Shown here: in pieces, positions 1-9,269 of the stretch
Position numbering within the stretch: the stretch's first letter is position 1
Layout of the letters: the number at the start of each line of letters is the position of its first letter
NCBI GenBank assembly: GCA_018433345.1
Contig: JAHDRK010000015.1
Location: 1-63,018, forward strand
Direction: 5' to 3'
DNA from: Syntrophobacterales bacterium
GTDB lineage: Bacteria > Desulfobacterota > Syntrophia > Syntrophales > UBA2210
Length of the DNA stretch: 63,018 nucleotides
Notes under the pieces: model-generated
What the model was told of the DNA's origin: nothing
What the model saw: only the letters and a program-made list of their open reading frames with translations
Databases searched by the model: none
Position numbers and translations under genes: made by a program

Positions 1-1
1 A

Positions 2-652
2 AAACTTATAGAGGAGCTCGATCCCTGGGTCGTTCATGTACAGCATGAATATGGTCTCTATGAGTGCCATGACGAGAGAGGCTTCGGCGACGGAAACGAC
101 GGGTTTCTCGACATGCTCGAAGCAATCGGTAACAAGCCGATCGTTGTGGAACCTCACACCGTCCATGGTTGCTTGACCGACTTCGAAGCGGATTTCATTT
201 TTAAACTTTGTCGTCGCAGCCACGTGGTACTCTTTAAATGTCATTACCAAAAATGGCGTCTCGACTGGAATTTCAAGGGAAGAAACTGGCCTGTTCCGCG
301 AAACATTATGGTTGTTCCCCACACGGCGCCAGACCCGACAAGCGGCGCGGCATGCACGAAATACCATCATTAAGAAAGGAGCTGGACCTGGACGACATCG
401 GTCTGGCCGACCACATTGTGGGCATGGTGGGCTGGATTCAATCAAATCACGAACAAAAATATGCTTCGGTGGAAGGTCGTTCAACTGGCCCTCGACGAAG
501 GAATGCGACTGGCAATGGGGGAAAATCTGAAACATTACCTGGATAACGAGGTAAGCTGGGAAGTAGTCACCGTGCAATACGGCGAAGCTTACCTGATGGC
601 GGGCAGGTCGGCCCGAACGGGACAGCCGGTGATCCTGGATCCCGAATTCTGA
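2..652 (+). pseudogene. Probable degraded GT4-family glycosyltransferase (5' end outside the window; reading frame broken twice)
   Basis: Frame 2 (2-373) reads KLIEELDPWVVHVQHEYGLYE..KPIVVEPHTV..NIMVVPH, like the N-terminal half of GT4 enzymes. The expected PHG motif is split by an extra 'ac' at 323-324 (ccc cac AC ggc gcc) and continues in frame 1 (GARPDKRR..LRKELDLDD..HIVGMVGW). A typical GT4 C-terminal helix (MRLAMGENLKHYLDNEVSWEVVTVQYGEAY) is back in frame 2 (416-652). The PHG-to-stop distance is clearly shorter than in intact GT4 proteins. Confidence 0.4.
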
Positions 653-666
653 AAGGAGAAACAAGT

Positions 667-1641
667 ATGGTGAGCATAAAGAAATTCGAAGATCTGTTTA
701 AACGCTACGAAGGGAATCCAATCATCCAAGCGAGCGATCTCCCTTACAGAGCCAATTCGGTGTTCAACGCGGCGGCCGTTGCCGTCGACAACGAAACACT
801 TCTCCTGATGCGCGTGGAAGACCGCCGGGGTATATCCCACCTGACGGTTGCCCGCAGCGTCGATGGTATCGGCAACTGGCGGATTGAATCGTCTCCCGCC
901 CTCGCGCCTGAACCCAAATCACACCCCGAGGAGATATGGGGCATTGAAGATCCGCGGATTACCCGCATTGACGAGCTGGGCTTGTGGGTCGTCGTTTATA
1001 CCGCCTATTCCAGAGGCGGCCCCCTCGTGGCCCTGGCGACCACCGAGGACTTCAAAACATTCAGACGCATGGGAGCCGTCATGCCGCCCGAGGACAAAGA
1101 TGCCGCCCTTTTCCCCGTTCGATTCGGCGGCCGCTGGGCTATGATCCACAGGCCCGTTTCAGTCTTCACAGGCATGGGAGCCCACATCTGGATTTCTTTC
1201 AGCCCGGACATGAAACACTGGGGTGGTCACAATATCCTACTCAGGGCGCGGAAGGGCGCCTGGTGGGATGCCAACAAGATCGGCCTGTCACCTCCCCCCT
1301 TGCGTACCGAAAGAGGATGGCTTTTACTGTACCACGGAGTGCGCATGACGTCCGGCGGATGTCTCTATCGTCTTGGGCTGGCGCTTTTGGATCTCGAAGA
1401 CCCTACGAAGGTAGTGGCCAGGTCCGACGAGTGGGTCTTCAGCCCCGAGGAGGCATACGAAACCACGGGTGACGTGGACAAGGTGGTGTTCCCCTGTGGC
1501 TGGATCGTCGAAGGCGACACAATCCGTCTCTATTACGGCGGAGCCGACAAGTGCATAGCACTCGCCACGGCGAGCTTGAGCGGATTGCTGGAATGGCTAG
1601 AATCACACAATCAATTAAATCAGGATATAATAGTAGAGTGA
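667..1641 (+). CDS. GH130-family glycoside phosphorylase/glycosidase (beta-mannoside phosphorylase-like), paralog 1
   Basis: 324-aa ORF with SD gaaaggag upstream. GH130-type motifs: EGNPII, GIEDPRI, YTAY, MIHRP, GWLLLYHGV, YRLGLALLDLEDP, YYGGAD. Confidence 0.9.
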   Translation: MVSIKKFEDLFKRYEGNPIIQASDLPYRANSVFNAAAVAVDNETLLLMRVEDRRGISHLTVARSVDGIGNWRIESSPALAPEPKSHPEEIWGIEDPRITRIDELGLWVVVYTAYSRGGPLVALATTEDFKTFRRMGAVMPPEDKDAALFPVRFGGRWAMIHRPVSVFTGMGAHIWISFSPDMKHWGGHNILLRARKGAWWDANKIGLSPPPLRTERGWLLLYHGVRMTSGGCLYRLGLALLDLEDPTKVVARSDEWVFSPEEAYETTGDVDKVVFPCGWIVEGDTIRLYYGGADKCIALATASLSGLLEWLESHNQLNQDIIVE

Positions 1642-1645
1642 ATTC

Positions 1646-3016
1646 ATGAAAGTCGCTATGTTGTCGTCTATAGCCTGGAGAACCCCTCCCAGACACTACG
1701 GCCCCTGGGAGAGTGTCGTCTCGCTGCTTACGGAAGGACTTGTTGAACGAGGGATCGACGTAACACTCTTTGCCACGGGCGATTCGGAAACCCAGGCACG
1801 CCTGGTGAGCGTCTGCCCGAGAGGGTATGAAGAAGACCCCTCTATCCTGCCAAAGTTATGGGAATGTCTCCATATCTCCAACCTTTTTGAACAAGGGGAT
1901 CGCTTCGACATCATACACAATCATTTTGACTTCCTACCCTTGACGTACACGGCCATGACCTCGACACCGGTAGTTACAACTATTCACGGTTTTTCATCGG
2001 ATCAGATACTGCCGGTATATAAAAAGTATAACGGTCGAACCTGGTACGTGGCTATCAGCGAGGCCGACAAATGCCCCGAGCTGGACTACATAGCCACCAT
2101 CCACCACGGAATAGATCTCCGTCTCTTCACCTACCAGGGTAATCCCGGGGATTACTTGCTTTTCTTCGGGCGCATCCACCCGGACAAGGGAACGAAAGAA
2201 TGCATTAAAGTGGCGGATAGAACCGGTATGCGCCTCGTCATAGCCGGTATCGTCCAGGACAAGGAATATTTCAAACGATGCGTGGAGCCCCATATCGACG
2301 GCAACCGCATCCAGTACATCGGCAGCGTGGGACCGGAAAGAAGAAACGAGATCCTGGGAGGCGCCCGCGCCCTTCTCCACCCCATCAATTTCGATGAACC
2401 TTTCGGTCTCTCCGTTATTGAAGCAATGGCCTGTGGAACCCCCGTGATCGCGGTGAATAGAGGCAGCATGCCGGAGGTGATAAGAGACGGCTACTCCGGG
2501 TTTCTCGTCCGGGACACCGAAGAGATGATCCTGGCCGTCGGTCGCATCGGTGAGCTGGAGCGTAGTAACTGCCGAGCCTGGGTGGAGGAGCGGTTCACCG
2601 CGGAACGCATGGTCGACGACTATCTTTCCGTATATGAGCGGATAATGGAGATGCGGCGTCGTGAAGATCATCGTCCCTGGGGTTTTTATGAAATCCTGTC
2701 GGACGAGCCGGAACACAAAGTCAAGCGAATCACTGTTTATCCCGGTCGGCGTCTAAGCTACCAACGCCACTCCCGTAGATCGGAGCACTGGTTCATCGTT
2801 AATGGTACAGCCGTCGTCACCATCGACGGCAAAGATAAATCTATTCAAGCCGGAGACTCCGTCGACATCCCCAAAGGTGCCTGGCACCGCATAAAAAACA
2901 GTGGAGAGGAAGACCTCGTCTTCATCGAGGTTCAGAGGGGAGATTATTTTGGAGAAGACGATATCGAGCGATTGGAGGACGATTATGGCCGGGCGACGGA
3001 ACCCGATAATCAATAG
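1646..3016 (+). CDS. GT4 glycosyltransferase fused to a C-terminal type II phosphomannose-isomerase-like cupin domain
   Basis: 456 aa, starting 4 nt after the GH130 stop. The N-terminal ~340 aa is GT-B/GT4 (FFGRIHPDKG; EPFGLSVIEAMACGTPVIA). The C-terminal ~110 aa (RPWGFYEIL..KRITVYPGRRLSYQRHSRRSEHWFIVNG..IPKGAWHRIKN..IEVQRGDYFGEDDIERLEDDYGR) matches the cupin end of ManC/type II PMI proteins. Confidence 0.88.
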   Translation: MKVAMLSSIAWRTPPRHYGPWESVVSLLTEGLVERGIDVTLFATGDSETQARLVSVCPRGYEEDPSILPKLWECLHISNLFEQGDRFDIIHNHFDFLPLTYTAMTSTPVVTTIHGFSSDQILPVYKKYNGRTWYVAISEADKCPELDYIATIHHGIDLRLFTYQGNPGDYLLFFGRIHPDKGTKECIKVADRTGMRLVIAGIVQDKEYFKRCVEPHIDGNRIQYIGSVGPERRNEILGGARALLHPINFDEPFGLSVIEAMACGTPVIAVNRGSMPEVIRDGYSGFLVRDTEEMILAVGRIGELERSNCRAWVEERFTAERMVDDYLSVYERIMEMRRREDHRPWGFYEILSDEPEHKVKRITVYPGRRLSYQRHSRRSEHWFIVNGTAVVTIDGKDKSIQAGDSVDIPKGAWHRIKNSGEEDLVFIEVQRGDYFGEDDIERLEDDYGRATEPDNQ

Positions 3017-3929
3017 ATGGAAGGGAAATCCCATTCTCACAAAGAATGACGTTCCCTATCCCGTGGAAACGGTGCACAATGCCGCGGTGGTCAAACACGA
3101 CGATGTATATATCATGCTCTTCCGGTCACACCGCAGAAATGGGCGTTCTATAATCGGAATAGCGGAAAGCACCGACGGATTCGCCTTCAGGGTCAGACCG
3201 GAGCCATTCATCACCCCCGCCGCGGCGGAACCCTTCGCCGCCTGCGAGGAATACGGCGTTGAAGATCCGCGCATCTGCAAACTGGATGATGAATATCTTG
3301 TGACATATAGTGCCTATTCGCGGCAGGGCGTGCGCATAGTGCTTGGACACAGCCATGATTTCAGGGAGTTTGAACGCATTACCGTCATCACACAGGCCGA
3401 TTCAAGGAATGCTGTGATCTTCCCCGATCGGTTCGCGGGACGTTACGCGAGGCTCGATCGCCCCCACTCGGACATACTCCCATGGTCTATATGGGTCTCC
3501 TACTCTCCCGATCTCATTCACTGGGGTGATTCACGGCCGCTGATAGCACCCTGTCCCTATCATTGGGACGAAATGAAGGTGGGCCCGGGAGCAACCCCTA
3601 TCAGGACCCACAAGGGATGGCTCTCTATTTTTCATGGCGTATTCAAAACCATGGACGGCGCCGTATACCGGCTGGGGGTGGCGCTTCACGCCCTCGACGA
3701 CCCTTCCGAGGTCCTCGGCGTGGCCGATAACTGGATACTTCAGCCCGAGGATCCCTGGGAGGTGACGGGTTACGTTCACAACGTGGTGTTCTGCTGCGGC
3801 GCTGTCGAGGAAGATGACGGAACGGTCAAGATTTATTGGGGAGGGGCTGATACCGTTATGTGCGTCGGCACCGCTTACCTGAATGAACTGATAGACATGT
3901 GTCTTTCAAATCCGAGACCGACACTCTAG
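2985..3929 (+). CDS. GH130-family glycoside phosphorylase (beta-mannoside phosphorylase-like), paralog 2
   Basis: The ATG at 2985 (MAGRRNPIINRWKGNPIL) overlaps the upstream gene by 32 nt; the track ORF begins at 2901. Motifs: GVEDPRI, YSAY, DSRNAVIFP, LDRP, GWLSIFHGV, YRLGVALHALDDP, YWGGAD. Confidence 0.9.
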   Translation: MAGRRNPIINRWKGNPILTKNDVPYPVETVHNAAVVKHDDVYIMLFRSHRRNGRSIIGIAESTDGFAFRVRPEPFITPAAAEPFAACEEYGVEDPRICKLDDEYLVTYSAYSRQGVRIVLGHSHDFREFERITVITQADSRNAVIFPDRFAGRYARLDRPHSDILPWSIWVSYSPDLIHWGDSRPLIAPCPYHWDEMKVGPGATPIRTHKGWLSIFHGVFKTMDGAVYRLGVALHALDDPSEVLGVADNWILQPEDPWEVTGYVHNVVFCCGAVEEDDGTVKIYWGGADTVMCVGTAYLNELIDMCLSNPRPTL

Positions 3930-3972
3930 CAAGCGGATCTCTGCGGAATTTCGCCACCATGGACAATCCATC

Positions 3973-6666
3973 TCAGTGCGCCTCGTCCCAGTTTTTTCCG
4001 GACTTGATGTTCACAACCAAGGGGACCTTTAATTTTATCACACCCTCCATCTCGGTCTTTACCAAGTCCTTGAGGGCCTCTTCTTCTGGGATTGGATATT
4101 CGAAAACCAGTTCGTCGTGAACCTGCATGATCATGCGGGCCGAGAACCCTCGATCGGAAAGGAGGCGGAATACCCGGATCATGGCCATCTTGATAATGTC
4201 GGCGGCTGAACCCTGTATCGGCGTGTTAATAGCCGTCCGCTCCGCGAACTTTCTCAACTGTGCAACGGAGCTGTTGATTTCCGGTATGGCTCGCTTCCGA
4301 TTCATGATCGTGGTCACGAACCCGTCGCGACGGGCCTGTTCAATGGTCTCTTCCACGTAACGTGCCACCCCCGAGAAACGCTTGAAATATTCGTCGATGT
4401 AAGTCTTTGCCATCTTTTGAGAAATACCCAGTTCCTTCGAAAGACCGAAGGGACTCATACCGTAAATAACGCCGAAATTTATCACCTTGGCCTGCCGCCG
4501 CATCTCTTCGTTCACCATCTCCGGGAACACGCCGAAGACGCTGGAAGCCGTCATACGGTGAATGTCATAGCCCGACTCGAAGGCGGCGATGAGTTCCTCG
4601 TCCTCCGACAGGTGAGCGAGCACCCGAAGTTCGATTTGTGAATAATCCGCCGACATCAGCTTGCAATCCTCCGGTGCGATGAAAGCCTGCCTGATTCGCT
4701 TCCCCTCCATCGTCCTGATGGGTATGTTCTGGAGATTCGGGTCGCTGCTGGAAAGCCTTCCCGTAGCCGTGACGGTCTGGTTATAAGACGTGTGGATGCG
4801 ACCTGTTTCCGGGTTGATCAACTCGGGAAGCGCGTCCACGTAAGTGGATTTCAGTTTTGCAAGGCTTCGGTAGGCCAGGATTTCACCCGGGAGCTCGTAA
4901 GATTTCGCGAGGTGGGCCAAAACTTCCATGTCCGTTGAATAACCCTCCTTTGTTTTTCTACCCCTGGGCATACCCATCTTTTCAAAGAGAATCCTCTGCA
5001 GTTGCTTTGGAGAGTTGATATTGAATTCTTCGCCGGCCAGTCTGTATATTTTTTCTTCGCACAGTTTCATGAGCTCGCCCAGCTCCCGTGACATCTCAGC
5101 GAGAAATTCACGGTCAACGAGTACCCCGTGATATTCCATGGAGGCGAGCACTTCCACAAGGGGCATCTCTATCTCCATGAAGAGTCTCTCGAAACCCTCT
5201 TCCTTTATGGATTCTTCAAGAATCGCCCGGAGGCGACCGATGGAATCCACGAATCGGCAGAAGACGCCCGCTATTTTGTCCAACGTAACGGCGTCCATTG
5301 AAAGTGCGCGGCCGCCGCCTCCCGTCTGTTCATCCAACGAAACGAGATTTTCCCCCAAGTATCGCGCAGCAAGAGATCGAATGCCGTAGTCCCTTCTTAC
5401 GGGATCGAGAAGGTATGCCGCCACCATGGTGTCGAAATCAAGGGAAGCGGGCTCCACATTCATCCGCTTCAGGACGATAAAGGCCCGCTTCAGATCATGA
5501 CCGGTTTTCGAGAGAGATGAATCGGAAAACAGGTTTTCCAGGGCATTCCGGCAGGCGTCTAAATCAAGGCCTTTATTTTCTTTGTCACTGAAAGGAACAA
5601 ACCAGGCCTCACCGGCGGCGGTAGACAAGCCGATTCCCAATGGTTTTCCGTCCATGGGACGTCTTACCTTCGGCAAAAGAAAATCAAAGGCGAACGCGCC
5701 TTTCCTGCGGATTACTTCAAGGACCTTTCGAAAACCATCGTCTTCAACGACAGCCCTCGCCGATCCGCCCTCTTCCGATTCTTCTCCCTGGAACTGTCGA
5801 AGAAGTGAAAAAAATTCCAGCTCGGCAAAAAGCTTCTTCAGTGCTTCCGAATCGGGATCTCGAACCGCCAGGCCTTCCAAGGGAACGTCAAGATCGAGAT
5901 CTGTGCGTATGGTTGCCAGTTCTCTGCTCATTCGGGCTTGATCGGCGTACGCCTCCAGGTTCTCCCTGAGACGCGCACCCTTGATGTTGCCGAGGTTATC
6001 GAGAACTCCTTCCAGTGTCCCGTATTGTTCCACCAGTTTTCGCGCCGTCTTTTCACCGATACCGGGGACGCCGGGTATATTGTCCGATGTATCCCCCGCC
6101 AGACCCAGGATCTCCCTTACCTTCTCGGGAGGTACTCCAAACCGTTCCTTGACGGTCTCTACGTCATAGGATTTGTCTTTCATTGTATCCAGCATGATGA
6201 TCCTGTCCGTCACCAGCTGCATGAGGTCTTTATCACCGGAAACGATGAATACGTTCATCCCCTCCGCCGCTGCCCTTTTCGCCATGGTCCCGATTACATC
6301 GTCCGCTTCCGCCCCCTCTTTCTCGATAACGGGTATGGAAAAGGCCCGTACTGTGTCCTTGACGTAAGGTACCTGGACGCTGAGGTTGTCGGGCATGGCC
6401 TCGCGAGTGGCCTTGTATTCCTCGAATGCATCGTGCCGAAAGGTAGGCCCCTTGGAATCGAAAACAACCGCCATGTAGTCGGGACGGTGGTCACGGAGAA
6501 GCTTCATGAGCATGGTGGTAAAACCGTAAATCGCGTTTGTGGTGAGACCTTTTGAATTGCTAAGTTCGGGAATGGCGTAAAAAGCTCTATATAGAAGGTT
6601 GCTTCCGTCCACGAGACACAGCGTTTTATCTTTCAATATTGCTTTTTTTTGTGGTGTCCGTTCCAT
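3973..6666 (-). CDS. polA: DNA polymerase I
   Basis: 897 aa. 5'-nuclease N-terminus (LVDGSNLLYRAFYA), then polymerase motifs DYSQIELRVLAH, RRQAKVINFGVIYG and QVHDELVFE. Confidence 0.97.
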   Translation of the reverse strand: MERTPQKKAILKDKTLCLVDGSNLLYRAFYAIPELSNSKGLTTNAIYGFTTMLMKLLRDHRPDYMAVVFDSKGPTFRHDAFEEYKATREAMPDNLSVQVPYVKDTVRAFSIPVIEKEGAEADDVIGTMAKRAAAEGMNVFIVSGDKDLMQLVTDRIIMLDTMKDKSYDVETVKERFGVPPEKVREILGLAGDTSDNIPGVPGIGEKTARKLVEQYGTLEGVLDNLGNIKGARLRENLEAYADQARMSRELATIRTDLDLDVPLEGLAVRDPDSEALKKLFAELEFFSLLRQFQGEESEEGGSARAVVEDDGFRKVLEVIRRKGAFAFDFLLPKVRRPMDGKPLGIGLSTAAGEAWFVPFSDKENKGLDLDACRNALENLFSDSSLSKTGHDLKRAFIVLKRMNVEPASLDFDTMVAAYLLDPVRRDYGIRSLAARYLGENLVSLDEQTGGGGRALSMDAVTLDKIAGVFCRFVDSIGRLRAILEESIKEEGFERLFMEIEMPLVEVLASMEYHGVLVDREFLAEMSRELGELMKLCEEKIYRLAGEEFNINSPKQLQRILFEKMGMPRGRKTKEGYSTDMEVLAHLAKSYELPGEILAYRSLAKLKSTYVDALPELINPETGRIHTSYNQTVTATGRLSSSDPNLQNIPIRTMEGKRIRQAFIAPEDCKLMSADYSQIELRVLAHLSEDEELIAAFESGYDIHRMTASSVFGVFPEMVNEEMRRQAKVINFGVIYGMSPFGLSKELGISQKMAKTYIDEYFKRFSGVARYVEETIEQARRDGFVTTIMNRKRAIPEINSSVAQLRKFAERTAINTPIQGSAADIIKMAMIRVFRLLSDRGFSARMIMQVHDELVFEYPIPEEEALKDLVKTEMEGVIKLKVPLVVNIKSGKNWDEAH

Positions 6667-7007
6667 TTGTTTTCACCTGTCAACCATCACCTCGTCTCTC
6701 AAAATGATTACCGTCGCGATATCCGCCTCTGCGACTATAGATAGTTACACCGGATCGACAAACATTCATTTACGCCTACCTCAAGCCCGTACAACTGGGA
6801 CGTTATCCCTCACTATTGGGATTTTTCCGTTACCATATAGAGACAACGATGATCAATCGTTTTTAATTCCTACATGGACGACAACATATCATATAGTTGA
6901 CATAGTGAAGAGCATCTAATATCGTGAAAGATAGGAACTTTTCTTACCTGATATAATCAGCCACCGAATCCCTAAAGACAACAGCTTCCCGAGGTTGGGC
7001 TAAATAA

Positions 7008-9248
7008 ATGAACGGGAAAAATCACAGGTCGTCGCCGGGGGAAAGGCCGGGTTTCTTTCGAAGATTGTACGCAAAAAACGCACCTGCCGCCGTCCTTGAT
7101 CCAACGGCACCCAATCACTGGCAGGAAAAGATACTGTATCTTTTTATTCTGCTTGCGATTTCCGCGGGCCTGTTCCTCTATATCCCCGGGGCGTATTCGA
7201 GCATTATAAGAGAATACTGGTACATCCTGGCCGCCAGCACCGTCGGTTACCTATGTTGCCTTTTTATTTTTTTATTTCCCGGTCTCCCCTTCATTTTACG
7301 ATCCATGCTTGTCTGCGCCTGTATATATCTCATCGGAATATCTATTATCATAACGATGGGACCATTCTACGCGTCACGGGAATGGTTTTTCGCCTTCGCC
7401 GTTATCGCTTCCATCCTGCTTGGTTGGTTCGGTGCCTTGTCATCCACCGTCATCGTCATGGCAACTTGTGTATTGATCTACTATCTAATACGTGATGAAT
7501 TCTGGAACCCCGCCGTAGCGGACCCACAACTGTCGGACCACTGGTTTATGATAACCACGCATCTCTTTTTTATAGTCATAAGCACGGTGATTCTCATAAC
7601 GGCTTTTTTCAAACGTCTTCGCGAGTCCGATCTGGCGACCAAGGTATCGGCGGAACTTCTCCGTGCCGAACGAAACAGGCTGGCGCAGGAAATCGATGAT
7701 CGAAAAACCTTCGCAAGAGCCCTTCAGGAAAGCGAAGAAAAATATCGCAACATCCTGGAAACCATCGAAGATGCCTACTTCGAAACCGATCTAAGAGGGC
7801 GGCTGACATTTTTTAACCGGGCGTTGGTGGAACAGTTGGGATACGGCAAAGAGAAACTGAAAGGCATGCGCTACGCCTCCTTCATGGACAGGCAAAATTC
7901 CAGGAAACTATATGAAAACCTGCCCAAACTTTTGGAAGATCGACAGTCACGTCTGGCTGTCGACGTGAACATCCTTTCGAAGCACAGGGGAGTCAGAACG
8001 GCCAATATCATACTTTCACTCATAAGAGACAAGGCCGGACGACCCGTGGGATTTCGGGGTGTGGCGCGTGACACTACGGAGCGGGTCGCAACGGAAAACC
8101 GACTTCAGCAGGCACGAAAGATGGAGGCCCTTGGAGCCCTCGCCGGCGGGGTGGCGCATGATCTCAACAACACCCTCTCGGGAATCGTCAGTTACCCGGA
8201 GTTGCTTTTGGCGAACATGGACGAAGGTGATCCTTTGCGGAAGCCACTGTCGGCCATCAAGAAGTCGGGCGAAAAAGCGGTGGCCATCATACAGGACTTA
8301 CTGACACTGGCCAGGCGTGGGGTCGCGGTCAAAGAGGTGACGAACATCAACCGTCTGATCCTGGAATACCTCCAGACCGTGGAATTCCAAAGCATAAAAT
8401 CCCTTTATCCCCATGTGACGATCGATACGAACCTCGATCCGCACCTTTTGAACACGGCGGGCTCACCCACGCACCTCTCAAAAACCATTATGAACCTCGT
8501 TATCAACGCGCTGGAATCCATGAGAGATGAAGGAACGGTCGCCATAACAACTGAAAATCTGACGATCGAAAAAGGCGATACCTCCCCCCTCCCCCTCGCC
8601 GAGGGGAGGTACGTCGTGCTGATGGTGCGGGACACCGGCAGGGGAATCCCTCATAAAGATTTGGACAAGATCTTCGAACCCTTCTTCAGTCGTAAAGTCC
8701 TTGGACGAAGCGGTACCGGCCTCGGCATGACCGTTGTCTGGGGAACAGTCCAAGATCACGGCGGACACATCGAAGTAAAGAGTTCCGTAAAAGAGGGCAC
8801 AACGATCACCATATTTTTGCCGGCCACCGAGGAGCAGATGAAAGAGAAGGTGGCGGCTCCCGTTGACCAATACCGGGGATGGGGCGAGACAATCCTAATA
8901 GTGGATGACATGGAAAGCCAACGGGAAATAGCGAGGGAAGCGCTCGAATCATTGGGTTACGTTACGGTGGAAGCAAAAAGCGGCGTGGAGGCGATCAGGT
9001 ACCTAAAGTCCAATTCCGTCGACTTGGTCCTGCTCGACATGGTCATGAGACCGGGGATTGACGGCCTGGAGACGTATCGACAGATCATCGAGCTCCATCC
9101 CGGCCAGAAGGCGATCATCGTGAGCGGCTATTCCGAAACGGAACGTGTCAAGGAAGCTCTTCGAATCGGCGTTGGAGCGTATATCAAGAAGCCGTACTCT
9201 ATCGAAATGCTGGGGATTGCGGTCAGAAAGGAACTTGAAAGGAAGTGA
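7008..9248 (+). CDS. Hybrid sensor histidine kinase / response regulator (multi-TM N-terminus, PAS, HisKA, HATPase, REC)
   Basis: 746 aa with about 6 hydrophobic helices in the first 200 aa. PAS-like segment (EEKYRNILETIEDAYFETDLRG), H-box GGVAHDLNNTLSGI, N-box NLVINALESM, G-boxes VRDTGRGIP and GTGLGMTVV. C-terminal receiver: ILIVDD..DLVLLDMVMRPGIDG..IIVSGY..YIKKPY. Confidence 0.92.
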   Translation: MNGKNHRSSPGERPGFFRRLYAKNAPAAVLDPTAPNHWQEKILYLFILLAISAGLFLYIPGAYSSIIREYWYILAASTVGYLCCLFIFLFPGLPFILRSMLVCACIYLIGISIIITMGPFYASREWFFAFAVIASILLGWFGALSSTVIVMATCVLIYYLIRDEFWNPAVADPQLSDHWFMITTHLFFIVISTVILITAFFKRLRESDLATKVSAELLRAERNRLAQEIDDRKTFARALQESEEKYRNILETIEDAYFETDLRGRLTFFNRALVEQLGYGKEKLKGMRYASFMDRQNSRKLYENLPKLLEDRQSRLAVDVNILSKHRGVRTANIILSLIRDKAGRPVGFRGVARDTTERVATENRLQQARKMEALGALAGGVAHDLNNTLSGIVSYPELLLANMDEGDPLRKPLSAIKKSGEKAVAIIQDLLTLARRGVAVKEVTNINRLILEYLQTVEFQSIKSLYPHVTIDTNLDPHLLNTAGSPTHLSKTIMNLVINALESMRDEGTVAITTENLTIEKGDTSPLPLAEGRYVVLMVRDTGRGIPHKDLDKIFEPFFSRKVLGRSGTGLGMTVVWGTVQDHGGHIEVKSSVKEGTTITIFLPATEEQMKEKVAAPVDQYRGWGETILIVDDMESQREIAREALESLGYVTVEAKSGVEAIRYLKSNSVDLVLLDMVMRPGIDGLETYRQIIELHPGQKAIIVSGYSETERVKEALRIGVGAYIKKPYSIEMLGIAVRKELERK

Positions 9249-9269
9249 ACGCCGGAAGTTGCACTCTTT

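Noticed and set aside
238-652. Selenocysteine or stop-codon read-through as an explanation for the broken glycosyltransferase ORFs.
   Set aside because: The protein similarity moves between reading frames (2 to 1 to 2) rather than continuing through an in-frame TGA. Frameshift or deletion, or a sequencing error, fits better than recoding.
6599-6919. 106-aa plus-strand ORF in the polA / histidine-kinase divergent promoter region.
   Set aside because: It starts inside polA on the opposite strand, has a Ser/Thr/Ile-rich low-complexity translation, and has no RBS or motifs. It is most likely a chance ORF in promoter DNA.
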